NCBI GenBank assembly: GCA_035570235.1
Contig: DATMML010000037.1
Coordinates: forward strand, 152,426-216,425
From: Vicinamibacteria bacterium
Lineage (GTDB): Bacteria; Acidobacteriota; Vicinamibacteria; Fen-336
DNA length: 64,000 nucleotides
Reading direction: 5' to 3'
In this document: in pieces, positions 29,517 to 38,551 of the stretch
Position numbering within the stretch: the first letter of the stretch is position 1
Layout: every line of letters starts with the position of its first letter
Notes under the pieces: model-generated
Seen by the model: the letters and a program-made list of their open reading frames with translations, nothing else
The model's database searches: none
What the model was told of the DNA's origin: nothing
Program-made: the position numbers and the translations under genes

Positions 29517-30235
29517 GCGACTTCGATCTCGCCGCGGTGTGCGCCCACCCCGACGATGCCGAGCTGATCATGGGGGGGACGATCGCCCGCGAGGCCGCGC
29601 GTGGCCGGCGGGTGGCCCTCGTGGACCTTACCCGCGGGGAGAGCGGCAGCCGGGGCACGCCGGAGACGCGGGCCGCGGAGGCCACGGAGGCGGCCCGGAT
29701 CCTGGGCGTGGCCCACCGGGAATCCCTGGGCCTGCCCGACGCGCGCCTGGCCGCCGTGCCCGAGCAGAAGGACGCGCTGGTGGCGGCGCTGCGCCGCCTG
29801 CGCCCGCGGGTAGTGCTCCTGCAGCACTGGGAGCAGCGCCACCCGGACCACGCCGCGGCCAGCCGCATCGTCTACGACGCGTGCTTCCTGGCCGGCCTCC
29901 GGAACTACCGCTCGGACCTGGGGCCGGCCCACCGTCCCCGGAAGCTGATCTATGCCGTGACCCTGACCGAGGCGGTGGAAGTCCCGCCCAGCATTGTGGT
30001 GGACATCACGACCACCTGGGAAACCAAGCTCCGGGCCATCGCCGCCTTTGCCAGCCAGTTCTCGCCCGGCCCCGGGGAGGCCGTGGCCCTTCCCTTCGAC
30101 CGCTTCCGGGCGCACGTCGAGCTCGCGGCCCGACGCCACGGCCAGCGCATCGACGTCGAGTTCGGGGAGGGCTTCTTGACGCGCGAGCCCCTGGCCGTGG
30201 ACGACCTTCTGTCCCTGGGGGGGCGCTCGATCTGA
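29513..30235 (+). CDS. bshB: N-acetyl-alpha-D-glucosaminyl L-malate deacetylase BshB (LmbE/PIG-L family)
   Basis: AHPDDAE zinc-binding motif of the LmbE family; start overlaps the bshA stop. Confidence 0.75.
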   Translation: MSDFDLAAVCAHPDDAELIMGGTIAREAARGRRVALVDLTRGESGSRGTPETRAAEATEAARILGVAHRESLGLPDARLAAVPEQKDALVAALRRLRPRVVLLQHWEQRHPDHAAASRIVYDACFLAGLRNYRSDLGPAHRPRKLIYAVTLTEAVEVPPSIVVDITTTWETKLRAIAAFASQFSPGPGEAVALPFDRFRAHVELAARRHGQRIDVEFGEGFLTREPLAVDDLLSLGGRSI

Positions 30236-30242
30236 GCCGGGG

Positions 30243-30689
30243 TCAGGCTCGGCAGGCGCGGATCCAGTCGTGAAGCACCCGGATCGCCCCTTCGAGGTCC
30301 GGCCCCCGGAAGAGCAGGTGGTCTTTGGCGTAGGCGCACTGGGGCACGATCGGGACCCCCGCCTCCGCCAAGCGCGCCGCCACGGGGGCGAGATAGCCGC
30401 AGACGTCGAGGTCGATCTCCGCGTCGAGCGTGACCACGCGGTAGGGGCCGGCGCTGGCCCGGGCGCGCCCTTGGAGGGGGCTCCGGCCCCACACCTCCTC
30501 GGGCAGGGTCAGGGAGACCTCGTCGGAGGTGAGGACGAGGGCGGCGAAGGACCCGCCGCTCTCCGCCAGCAGGCCCGCGGCTTCGGCCAGCGCCGATTTG
30601 GGCAGGCTCACCAGGCGGTAGGTCTCGGGCCAGATCTGCAGCCTCGTCCGGGCCCAGACCAGGCGCGCCCGGCCGCTCCCCTCCGCCAC
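30243..30689 (-). CDS. ACT-domain-like small protein (ACT_7-like)
   Basis: Approx. 148 aa with two βαββαβ-like segments; weak family assignment. Confidence 0.4.
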   Translation of the reverse strand: MAEGSGRARLVWARTRLQIWPETYRLVSLPKSALAEAAGLLAESGGSFAALVLTSDEVSLTLPEEVWGRSPLQGRARASAGPYRVVTLDAEIDLDVCGYLAPVAARLAEAGVPIVPQCAYAKDHLLFRGPDLEGAIRVLHDWIRACRA

Positions 30690-30756
30690 GGGGTCATTAT
30701 CGCGCGACCGGGGCGGGAAGGCGGTGCCTTCGGGCGCGGTCTAGAATCTCGTCGGT

Positions 30757-30769
30757 TTGAGCGCAAGAT
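30757..30769 (+). promoter_or_regulatory. Ada-box-like element (TTGAGCGCAAGAT) upstream of ada
   Basis: Matches the E. coli ada promoter Ada box AAAGCGCAAGAT at 10/12 positions; about 40 nt upstream of the ada start. Confidence 0.35.
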
Positions 30770-30809
30770 CCGGATGGCCCCCGTCCGAAACGGGGCCTAG
30801 CTTCGAGGC

Positions 30810-31922
30810 GTGGTGGCGCTGAATCCAGTTCGGCCGAGCGGGGAGAAAAGCCCGCCTCTCGACGACGAGGGCCGGTGGCAAGCGGTGCTCGCTCGCGATG
30901 CCCGTCGGGACGGCACGTTCGTCTTCGGGGTGCGCTCCACCGGCATCTACTGCCGTCCGTCCTGCCCCGCGCGCCGGCCCCGCCGAGAGCGAGTGGTCTT
31001 CTTCGCCCTGCCCGAGGCCGCGGAGGGCGCCGGTTTCCGGGCCTGCCGCCGCTGCCAACCGCGGGACGCCCGCAACGGTGACCCGCGGGCGGCCTGGGTC
31101 CGCCGCCTGTGCCGGCACATCGACCGCCACCTGGACGAGCCCCTGACCCTGGCCGGCCTGAGCGGGCCGGCGGGGGTGGGCCCCCACCACCTGCAGCGAA
31201 CATTCAAGCGCCTCATGGGCATCTCGCCCCGCCAGTACGCCGAGGCCCGGCGCCTGGTGGTGTTGAAGGCGCAGCTCAAAGGAGGACGCGCCGTGACCGA
31301 GGCCACCTACGAAGCCGGATACGGTTCCAGCAGCCGCGTTTACGAGCGCGCCCGGGAGACACTGGGCATGACCCCCGCCACCTATCGCCGCGGGGGCCGC
31401 GGGATGCGCCTCCGGTACGCGATCGTCGACTGCCCGCTCGGCCGCCTCCTGGTCGCGGGAACCGAGCGCGGCGTCTCCGCCGTCTCCCTGGCCGACGACG
31501 ACGCGCGGCTCGAGAGGGCGCTGCGCGAGGAGTACCCGGCGGCGGAAATCCGCCGCGATGACGTCGGCCTCGGGCCCTGGGTCCAGGCCCTCCTGCGCCA
31601 CCTCGCGGGTGGGGAGCCCCATCTGGACCTGCCTCTGGACGTGCAGGCCACCGCCTTCCAGTGGCGGGTTTGGAGCGAGCTGCGCCGGATCCCCTTCGGC
31701 GAGACCCGCTCCTACGGTGAGGTCGCCCGCGCTTTGGGCCAGCCCTCCGCGGCTCGGGCCGTGGCCCGCGCCTGCGCGACCAATCGGGTCTCGATCCTGA
31801 TCCCCTGCCACCGTGTCATCGCCGAGGACGGACGCCTCGCCGGGTACCGCTGGGGCGTCGAGCGCAAGCGAGCCCTGCTCGCCCACGAGGAGAAGGCGGC
31901 GTCACGGCCACGCCGGGGGTAG
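30810..31922 (+). CDS. ada: bifunctional transcriptional activator / methylated-DNA-protein-cysteine methyltransferase Ada
   Basis: N-terminal Ada Zn domain (FVFGVRSTGIYCRPSCPARRP...CRRCQP), AraC-type HTH, C-terminal IPCHRVI methyltransferase active site. Confidence 0.85.
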   Translation: MVALNPVRPSGEKSPPLDDEGRWQAVLARDARRDGTFVFGVRSTGIYCRPSCPARRPRRERVVFFALPEAAEGAGFRACRRCQPRDARNGDPRAAWVRRLCRHIDRHLDEPLTLAGLSGPAGVGPHHLQRTFKRLMGISPRQYAEARRLVVLKAQLKGGRAVTEATYEAGYGSSSRVYERARETLGMTPATYRRGGRGMRLRYAIVDCPLGRLLVAGTERGVSAVSLADDDARLERALREEYPAAEIRRDDVGLGPWVQALLRHLAGGEPHLDLPLDVQATAFQWRVWSELRRIPFGETRSYGEVARALGQPSAARAVARACATNRVSILIPCHRVIAEDGRLAGYRWGVERKRALLAHEEKAASRPRRG

Positions 31923-32075
31923 GCCCGGCCGCGAGGGGGGGCGGACCACACGACACGGCCGAGCCCGCCCGGGCGGCCCGCCCCGGCAGGATCCTCGGTT
32001 AGAGGGAGGGCACCCGATCCCGATTCGCGGGGCGTAGCCCGTGTCCGGGACACGGGCCCTCGCTTGGGGAGGCGA

Positions 32076-32375
32076 TCAGGCCTCTCGGCCTTCGCGGCTC
32101 ACGACGAGTTCGGTCATGCCCGGGCGCGCGACGGCCTCCTCCGCGCTTGAGGTCTCGAGCGTGTGGGGGCGCCGTCTCAGGAGCCCGAGCCGCTTCATCT
32201 TCTCGTGCAGGGTCGTGGGCAGGATGCCGAGGCGGGCCGCAGTCCGCCGCTGATGCCCTCCGGAAGCGGCCAGGGCGTCCACGATCAAGCGCCGCTCGTA
32301 GGCTTCGAGGAGATACTTCAGATGCGTCGGGTTTCCCCCGTTTTCCGGCTGACTGGTCATCGCCATGTCTTGCAT
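32076..32375 (-). CDS. Fis-family (sigma-54 activator-type HTH_8) small DNA-binding protein
   Basis: RRTAARLGILPTTLHEKMKRLGL matches the Fis/NtrC C-terminal HTH; ATG start chosen at MQDMAMTSQ. Confidence 0.5.
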   Translation of the reverse strand: MQDMAMTSQPENGGNPTHLKYLLEAYERRLIVDALAASGGHQRRTAARLGILPTTLHEKMKRLGLLRRRPHTLETSSAEEAVARPGMTELVVSREGREA

Positions 32376-32691
32376 CCTCGCCTCAGCCTGAACCCCCAAC
32401 TCGTTCCCGCCCAGTGTATCCAGGCCGTCGCGCCGGGAAAGGGCTTTGGGACAAGGCCGCCGCCAAGCGTGGTGAGTCCATGGTTTCTTGGGATGAGTCG
32501 AACCCCGGCATGATCCCCGCTCCCCCTGGAGCCGGCCCCCCTCCACACCCCTAAGGCCCCGGCGCTCGGGAGAGAGGGAGCGAGCGCGAGCGCCTTGGTC
32601 CCGCTCGTCCCGCCCTCGGACGGGTCCGTGTCAGCCCCTGGCCGGTTGGTCCCTTTTCCGTTACCCTCCCTCAGGGATCTTTCAGAATGGC

Positions 32692-33921
32692 TTGACTCCG
32701 CTCCCATCCATGAACCTGCCCCCACCCGCCGAAGGCGCCGCTCCCGCCTCCCGCTCCTGGCCCCTCGTCTGGGCCTGGAGTCTCGCGGTCTGGTTCGTGG
32801 TCTGGGTGCTCATGTCGAGCCAGGCCTACGCCTACTACCGAGGCCGGGACCTGCCCGTGCCCTGGGTACGGTTTGTGGGATCGCTGAGCGATGCCCTGAT
32901 GTGGGGCCTCGCCTCCCCGGTCGTCTTGTGGTTTTGCTGGCGGTGGCCCCTCTCCGGCGGGCGCTGGCGAACCACCCTGCCCCTCCATCTTCTCGGTGGC
33001 CTTCTCTTCCCCGCCGCGTTAATAGCTCCCGCGAGCCTCGCGCACTACGGGCTGGGCCGCGCTCTGGCCGACCCCGGCCTCTACCAGCCCCTTTCCCCCG
33101 GCCTCCTCTTCCACAATCTGGTGGGCAATATCTTTACCTATATCGATGTCGTGGCCGTGGGCCTTGCCCTCCACTACGCCCGCGACTCGAGGGCCAAGGA
33201 CCTCCGGGCCTCCAGGCTCGAGGCGCGCCTGGCCGAGGCCCAGCTCCAGGTCCTGCGCATGCAGCTCCACCCCCACTTCCTCTTCAACACCCTGCACACC
33301 ATATCCGCCCTCATGCATAAGGACCTGAAAGCGGCCGACCGCATGCTGGCCCTGCTGGGGGATCTGCTGCGCGACTCCTTCGCCAAGATCGGAGCCCAGG
33401 AGGTGACCTTGAAGCAGGAGCTCGACTTCCTGGAGCGCTATCTCGAGATTGAGAAGACCCGCTTCCAGGACCGGCTGCGGGTGGAAACCAAGATCGACCC
33501 CGAGACCCTGGACGCCGAGGTTCCCAACCTTCTCCTGCAGCCCCTGGTCGAAAACGCGCTCCGGCACGGCATCGCCCGCCGACGGGAGGCGGGCCTGATC
33601 GAGCTCGTGGCCAGACGGGAGAACGGCCGCCTCGAGCTCAGGGTGCGCGACGACGGCCCCGGCTTGCCCTCGGAGGCCGAGATGTCCCGGCGCGGGGGGG
33701 TCGGCCTCGCAAACACCCAGGCCCGGCTGCAGCAGCTGTATGGCTCGGCCCACCGCTTCGAGCTCTTGAACCGGCCCGAGGGCGGCCTGGAAGTGGTCCT
33801 GTCCCTTCCCTTCCGCGTTCAAGGCCAGGCCCTGGAGGAAGGGAATAACCCTCACGTCTTCCGCGGGGGCGTCGCTCCCCTCTCCGAAAAAGGGCCTCCC
33901 CCGAGTTCTCCCCGCGACTAG
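32692..33921 (+). CDS. LytS/YehU-family sensor histidine kinase
   Basis: N-terminal TM region, His_kinase (PF06580-like) LHPHFLFNTLHTI H-box, HATPase_c with N-box QPLVENALRHGI and G-box. Confidence 0.8.
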   Translation: MTPLPSMNLPPPAEGAAPASRSWPLVWAWSLAVWFVVWVLMSSQAYAYYRGRDLPVPWVRFVGSLSDALMWGLASPVVLWFCWRWPLSGGRWRTTLPLHLLGGLLFPAALIAPASLAHYGLGRALADPGLYQPLSPGLLFHNLVGNIFTYIDVVAVGLALHYARDSRAKDLRASRLEARLAEAQLQVLRMQLHPHFLFNTLHTISALMHKDLKAADRMLALLGDLLRDSFAKIGAQEVTLKQELDFLERYLEIEKTRFQDRLRVETKIDPETLDAEVPNLLLQPLVENALRHGIARRREAGLIELVARRENGRLELRVRDDGPGLPSEAEMSRRGGVGLANTQARLQQLYGSAHRFELLNRPEGGLEVVLSLPFRVQGQALEEGNNPHVFRGGVAPLSEKGPPPSSPRD

Positions 33922-34042
33922 ACCCCCCGCTTCGGGCCATCGACCCGGGCCGCCCCCGGCGCACCCTGCAGCTTCTTGAACGCAAGCGGAACCTGGGGCA
34001 TGGCGGAAACGTACCTCTTTTGAACCCGTCCATCCGCAGGTC

Positions 34043-34837
34043 GTGGGGGCACCCGTCCCGAGGGGGAGCTTGAAGATCCGGACGCTGATCGTGGACGACG
34101 AGCCCCTCGCTCGCGAGCGCATGCGCTCGCTCCTCTTGAAAGAGCCCGACGTGAAGATCGTCGCGGAGTGCCGCGACGGGCAGGAGGCCATCAGCGCCAT
34201 CCGCCGCGAGAGCCCCGATCTCGTCTTCCTCGACGTCCAGATCCCGGAGCCGGACGGGTTCGCGGTCCTGGAGGAGGTGGGGGCGGACAAGGCGCCGGTG
34301 GTCGTGTTCGTGACCGCCTACGATCAGTACGCTCTCCAGGCCTTCGAGGTCCATGCCGTGGATTACCTGTTGAAGCCCTTCGACGAGGAGCGATTCCAGA
34401 AGGCGCTGGTCCGGGCCCGCTCCGCCGTGCTGACCCGGGACGGGGAGGGGGTGGACGAGAGGCTAATCTCGCTCCTGAGGGACCTGAAGGCCCCCCCCGG
34501 CTACCTCGAGCGGCTGGTGGTGAAAGCGGCCGGGCGTCTCTTCTTCCTGCGCGCGGAGGAGATCGACTGGATCGAGTCGGCCGGCAACTACGTTTCCCTG
34601 CACGCGGGCGGGGAGTCGCACTTGCTGCGGGAGACCATGACCGCTCTCGAGGGTCGGTTGAACCCGGGCCGCTTCGTGCGCATCCACCGCACCGCCATCG
34701 TCAACCTCGACCGCATCAAGGAGCTGCAGCCCCTCTTCCACGGCGAGTATCAGGTGGTGCTGCGCGACGGCACCGAGCTCACGCTCTCCCGCGGCTACCG
34801 CGAACGCTTGCAGGAGATCATTGGCCGCGAATTCTGA
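34043..34837 (+). CDS. LytTR-family response regulator
   Basis: Receiver domain (LIVDDE...FLDVQIP...D) plus C-terminal LytTR DNA-binding domain. Confidence 0.85.
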   Translation: MGAPVPRGSLKIRTLIVDDEPLARERMRSLLLKEPDVKIVAECRDGQEAISAIRRESPDLVFLDVQIPEPDGFAVLEEVGADKAPVVVFVTAYDQYALQAFEVHAVDYLLKPFDEERFQKALVRARSAVLTRDGEGVDERLISLLRDLKAPPGYLERLVVKAAGRLFFLRAEEIDWIESAGNYVSLHAGGESHLLRETMTALEGRLNPGRFVRIHRTAIVNLDRIKELQPLFHGEYQVVLRDGTELTLSRGYRERLQEIIGREF

Positions 34838-34895
34838 CCCTCCCCTCCGCGTCGCCTCTTGACAATGCGCGGGCCCGGAACCGAGAATTCGAACG

Positions 34896-35228
34896 GTGAT
34901 CACAGGGTTTAACACCGACGTGAAGTATCGGGGCCTTGTCTACCATGTCCAGACCGAGGACAAAGGCGAGGCCAACCCCCTGATCGAGACCCTGATCTAC
35001 AAAGGCGGAGAGATCCTCGCTTCCCGCCGCCTGCCCTATGCGGAGCTGATCCGCAGCCGCGACGACGAGGCCGCCATCACGAAGCTGATGGAAGATCAGC
35101 ACAAGGGCATGATCATGGAGGTCAAGCGCGGGAAGTTCGACCCCGGAGTGGACCGGACAGAAATCGAGGACCTCTCCCTGGACGAGATCGTGCTCGCCTA
35201 CCTGGCGGGGCGGGCCGCCGCCAAGTAA
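34896..35228 (+). CDS. small hypothetical protein (110 aa)
   Basis: Clean ORF with balanced composition and lower local GC; no recognised family. Confidence 0.35.
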   Translation: MITGFNTDVKYRGLVYHVQTEDKGEANPLIETLIYKGGEILASRRLPYAELIRSRDDEAAITKLMEDQHKGMIMEVKRGKFDPGVDRTEIEDLSLDEIVLAYLAGRAAAK

Positions 35229-35558
35229 GCCCGCTCGCTCCCCCGCCCCGAACAAGCGTCTTTGCGGAAGCCCTGGCTTTCGTGACCGCGGGTGGGTAGG
35301 GGGCGTGGACCCTGCGTGTTACCATCCCCGCATGAGCGCGGGCGCGCCGGCCCGAAGAGGCCGTGGGCTTCGGGGTCCACGAAGTCGCGGGCCGAGACCC
35401 CCATCGCCCTTCCCCTCCCCGTCGACCCTGCGCTCGTGACCAGGAGCCTCAAGACACGGGCGTGGCGCCGCTACCCCGGCCACGAGCGCGGCGCCGCGGA
35501 GAGGCGCCCCCGCTCTCGCGGCAGCGCGCCCCCCCAAGGCGGAGGGGCTTAGCTGCCC

Positions 35559-36851
35559 TTGCCAAGCGCGAGCGACGACCCGAGCCTGGACGCCTTGCGT
35601 CAGAGGCTCGACGCGGAAGAGGCGGCCTACGCCGAGCTGCTGGCCGCGGTCGATCGTCTGGCTTCCTTCCCCCTTCCTGCGGAGGCGCTGCCCGATCTGC
35701 CCGCCCGGGTTGGTCTCCTCAACATGCTCTGGGAGGCCCCGCCCCCGCCCCCGGGGTCGGGGTTGGGAGGGAAGGCCAGGAGGTGGGTCTGGGAGGCGCT
35801 GGCCCCCGCCCGCGCCCGTCAGACCGAGTTCAACGCCGCCCTCGTCCAAGTCCTGAACGGCTACCTGGAGGAGACGGGCCGGCTGCACGCGCGCTTGCGC
35901 GAGCTCGCCTCCGCCCTCGTCCACTATCTGCAGCGCGTCCTCCCTCTGGTCGACCTCCGCGACCGCATGGCCTCCGCCCTCGCGACCACGCGCGCGGAGC
36001 TGATTCTCGAGGCCTTCGACCGGCGACAGGAGTCCCAGGCCCGGCGGCTTCAGGGCCTGCTCGCCCTGCGCGACCGCCTGGAGACCGTGTCCGCGGAGGT
36101 GGACGCCATTCGGGGAGCGCTGGGAGCGGGGGCGCCGCCCCCGGCCCTGGCCATGTCGGCGCTGCGCGCGGCGGAGGACTCGGCCTACACCGCGTTCGAA
36201 AACCGCTTCCGCGGCAGCCGGGAAGAGATCCGGGAGCGGCTCGCCGGCTACGCCGCCCTCTTCCAGGGTCTCGCCCCCGTCGTGGACCTGGGCTGCGGCC
36301 GCGGGGAGTTCCTGGACGTGCTCCGGGAGCGGGGCATCGCCGCCCGCGGCGTGGAGGGGAACGCGAGCGCGGTCCAGCACTGCCGGGACCGGGGCTTCGA
36401 GGTGGTCTTCGGCGACCTTCTGGCCTTCCTCCACGCCGAGCCCGCGGGTGCCCTGGGGGGCGTGTTTGCGGCCCAGGTGGCCGAGCACCTCCCCCCCGCC
36501 GTCCTGGGGCAGATGCTCAAGGAGGCCCACCGCGCCCTCCGGCCGGGCGGGCTCCTCCTCCTGGAGACCGTGAATCCGCGCTCGGTGGTGGGCTTCCTCG
36601 AGGTCTACAACCGCGACCTCACGCACGAGCGGCCGCTGCATCCCGACACGCTGAGCTTCTTGGCCGCGGCCTCGGGCTTCACCGACGTGCGCGTGGAGCT
36701 GCGCTCTCCCGTGGACCCCTCCTCCCGCCTCCAAGCCATCCCCCCCGAGGGCTTGCCCGAGCGGGCGGCCACGCTCCTGAACGAAAACCTGGAGCGGCTG
36801 AACGGCCTGCTCTACGGGCCCCTGGAGTACGCGCTCATGGCGCGTCGGTAG
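35559..36851 (+). CDS. class I SAM-dependent methyltransferase with N-terminal coiled-coil region
   Basis: VVDLGCGRGEF motif I and downstream motifs; N-terminal approx. 200 aa helical/coiled-coil; TTG start uncertain. Confidence 0.65.
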   Translation: MPSASDDPSLDALRQRLDAEEAAYAELLAAVDRLASFPLPAEALPDLPARVGLLNMLWEAPPPPPGSGLGGKARRWVWEALAPARARQTEFNAALVQVLNGYLEETGRLHARLRELASALVHYLQRVLPLVDLRDRMASALATTRAELILEAFDRRQESQARRLQGLLALRDRLETVSAEVDAIRGALGAGAPPPALAMSALRAAEDSAYTAFENRFRGSREEIRERLAGYAALFQGLAPVVDLGCGRGEFLDVLRERGIAARGVEGNASAVQHCRDRGFEVVFGDLLAFLHAEPAGALGGVFAAQVAEHLPPAVLGQMLKEAHRALRPGGLLLLETVNPRSVVGFLEVYNRDLTHERPLHPDTLSFLAAASGFTDVRVELRSPVDPSSRLQAIPPEGLPERAATLLNENLERLNGLLYGPLEYALMARR

Positions 36852-36873
36852 AGGAAGGTCGGGGCCGACTCTC

Positions 36874-38184
36874 ATGCGCCTCGCCTTCCTGACCCCCCTC
36901 CCCCCCGCCTCCACCGGCGTCGCCGACTACAGCGCCGAGGTCCTGGCCCGGCTCGCGGAGCGTCACGAGATCGACGTGTTCCACGGGCAGGACCGCTTGG
37001 ACCCCTCCCGCATCCCGGGGCCGTGCCGCGTCCACCACGCGAGCGGCTTCCTGAATCGTCACGCGCAACGGCCCTTCGACCTCGCGATCTACCAGATGGG
37101 GAACGGTCTCGATCACGCTTTTCTCTACGAACCGCTGGCGAGGGTCCCGGGCCTGCTCGTCCTGCACGACCTGGTGCTGCACCACTCGCGGGCCCGGATG
37201 TTCCTGGACGCGCCGGAGGTGGTGGCCTATCGCCGCGAGCCCTCGAGCCCGGGGCGGCGCGACGCCGCCCGACCCCACCTCCAGGCCTACCGCGACGAGG
37301 TCGCCTACTCGTATCCCGGGCAGGCGGGCCGCCTGGACGAGGCCCACCTCTCCACCCTGGGCCGCCTCCTCCCCTACGCCTTTCCCCTCTTCCGCATCCC
37401 GGTGGAGGCCTCCCGCCTCACCGCCGCCCACAACGACTTCGTGCTGGAGTCGGTTCGGTCGGAGGTACCGGAGGCGGAGGTGGCCCGGATCCCCATGGCC
37501 GCGGAGAGGGCGGCGGTGGCACCCAGCGCGGTCCTTGAGCTGCGCGCGCGCCTGGGCATCCCCGCCGGAGCCTTCGTAGTGGGAACCTTCGGCCTCCTCA
37601 CCCGGGAGAAGCAGATCGAGACCCTGGCGAGGGCGGTGGCGCGGGCGGCGGTCGCGCTCCCCCATCTGTGGCTGCTGCTGGTGGGACCCGTGCCCGACCC
37701 CGGCCGTCTCACCCGCCTCCTGCTCGAGCGGGGGGTGCGGGAGCGGACGATCGTGACCGGCCCCGTCCCCTTCTGGACCCTACCCGCCCACATGGAGGCG
37801 GCCGATCTCGTCGTTCACCTGCGCTACCCCACCGCGCGGGAGACTTCGGCCGCCCTGCTGCGGGTCCTGGCCCAGGGCCGCCCCACCGTGATCTCCGACC
37901 TCGAGCATCTCGACGACGTTCCCGCGGGGGCCGCGGTTCGCGCCGACGTCACCGACGAAGAGGGCGAGGTGACGCGGGCCATCCTCCGGCTGGCCGGGAG
38001 CCCGGCGGCGCGGGGCGAGCTCTCGCGGCGCGCCCGCGCCTTCATGCGCCGCGAGCATTCCTTCGCCCGCTCTCTGGAGGGGTACGAGGCGGCGATCGAG
38101 CGCGCCCGGGCCCGCCCGGACCCCCCGCCTCGGCCGTGGCCCGCCCACTGGCCGCGTCCCCGGCGCCCCGGGGAACCCGCCTAG
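36874..38184 (+). CDS. glycosyltransferase family 4 (GT-B)
   Basis: GT4-like N-domain and C-terminal retaining-GT fold; length 436 aa. Confidence 0.75.
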   Translation: MRLAFLTPLPPASTGVADYSAEVLARLAERHEIDVFHGQDRLDPSRIPGPCRVHHASGFLNRHAQRPFDLAIYQMGNGLDHAFLYEPLARVPGLLVLHDLVLHHSRARMFLDAPEVVAYRREPSSPGRRDAARPHLQAYRDEVAYSYPGQAGRLDEAHLSTLGRLLPYAFPLFRIPVEASRLTAAHNDFVLESVRSEVPEAEVARIPMAAERAAVAPSAVLELRARLGIPAGAFVVGTFGLLTREKQIETLARAVARAAVALPHLWLLLVGPVPDPGRLTRLLLERGVRERTIVTGPVPFWTLPAHMEAADLVVHLRYPTARETSAALLRVLAQGRPTVISDLEHLDDVPAGAAVRADVTDEEGEVTRAILRLAGSPAARGELSRRARAFMRREHSFARSLEGYEAAIERARARPDPPPRPWPAHWPRPRRPGEPA

Positions 38185-38188
38185 ACGC

Positions 38189-38551
38189 TCAGGTAGAGGA
38201 GACGGCGTCCCGGGCCTCGGCCAGAACCTGGACGAGCCGCGCCCGAACCCTGGGCGCGATCCGGGTGAACTCCAGGCCCACGCCGAAGCGCCGGCGATCG
38301 CCGGTGGTGCCCAGGGCGCAGGCGGCCACGCGCGCCTCCACGTCCGCCTGCTCCCCGGCCACGATCAGGCGCAGCTTCAGGACGGAGTCCATCTCCAGGG
38401 CGAGGGGCGACTCGATCATCATTCCGTAGGAGCTCACGCGCACGAGCTCGGCCCCCACCACGGAGACGAGGGGGACCCCATCCCGGGCGGGGATGCGGAG
38501 GGCACGCCGCCTCTCCAGGCCCTCGGGTCCGAACGCTCCACGCTGCCTCAA
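38189..38551 (-). CDS. PilZ domain protein (putative c-di-GMP receptor)
   Basis: RRRALR (RxxxR) followed by a DxSxGG-like segment (VSSYGMMIES); TTG start overlaps the upstream stop by 2 nt. Confidence 0.45.
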   Translation of the reverse strand: MRQRGAFGPEGLERRRALRIPARDGVPLVSVVGAELVRVSSYGMMIESPLALEMDSVLKLRLIVAGEQADVEARVAACALGTTGDRRRFGVGLEFTRIAPRVRARLVQVLAEARDAVSST

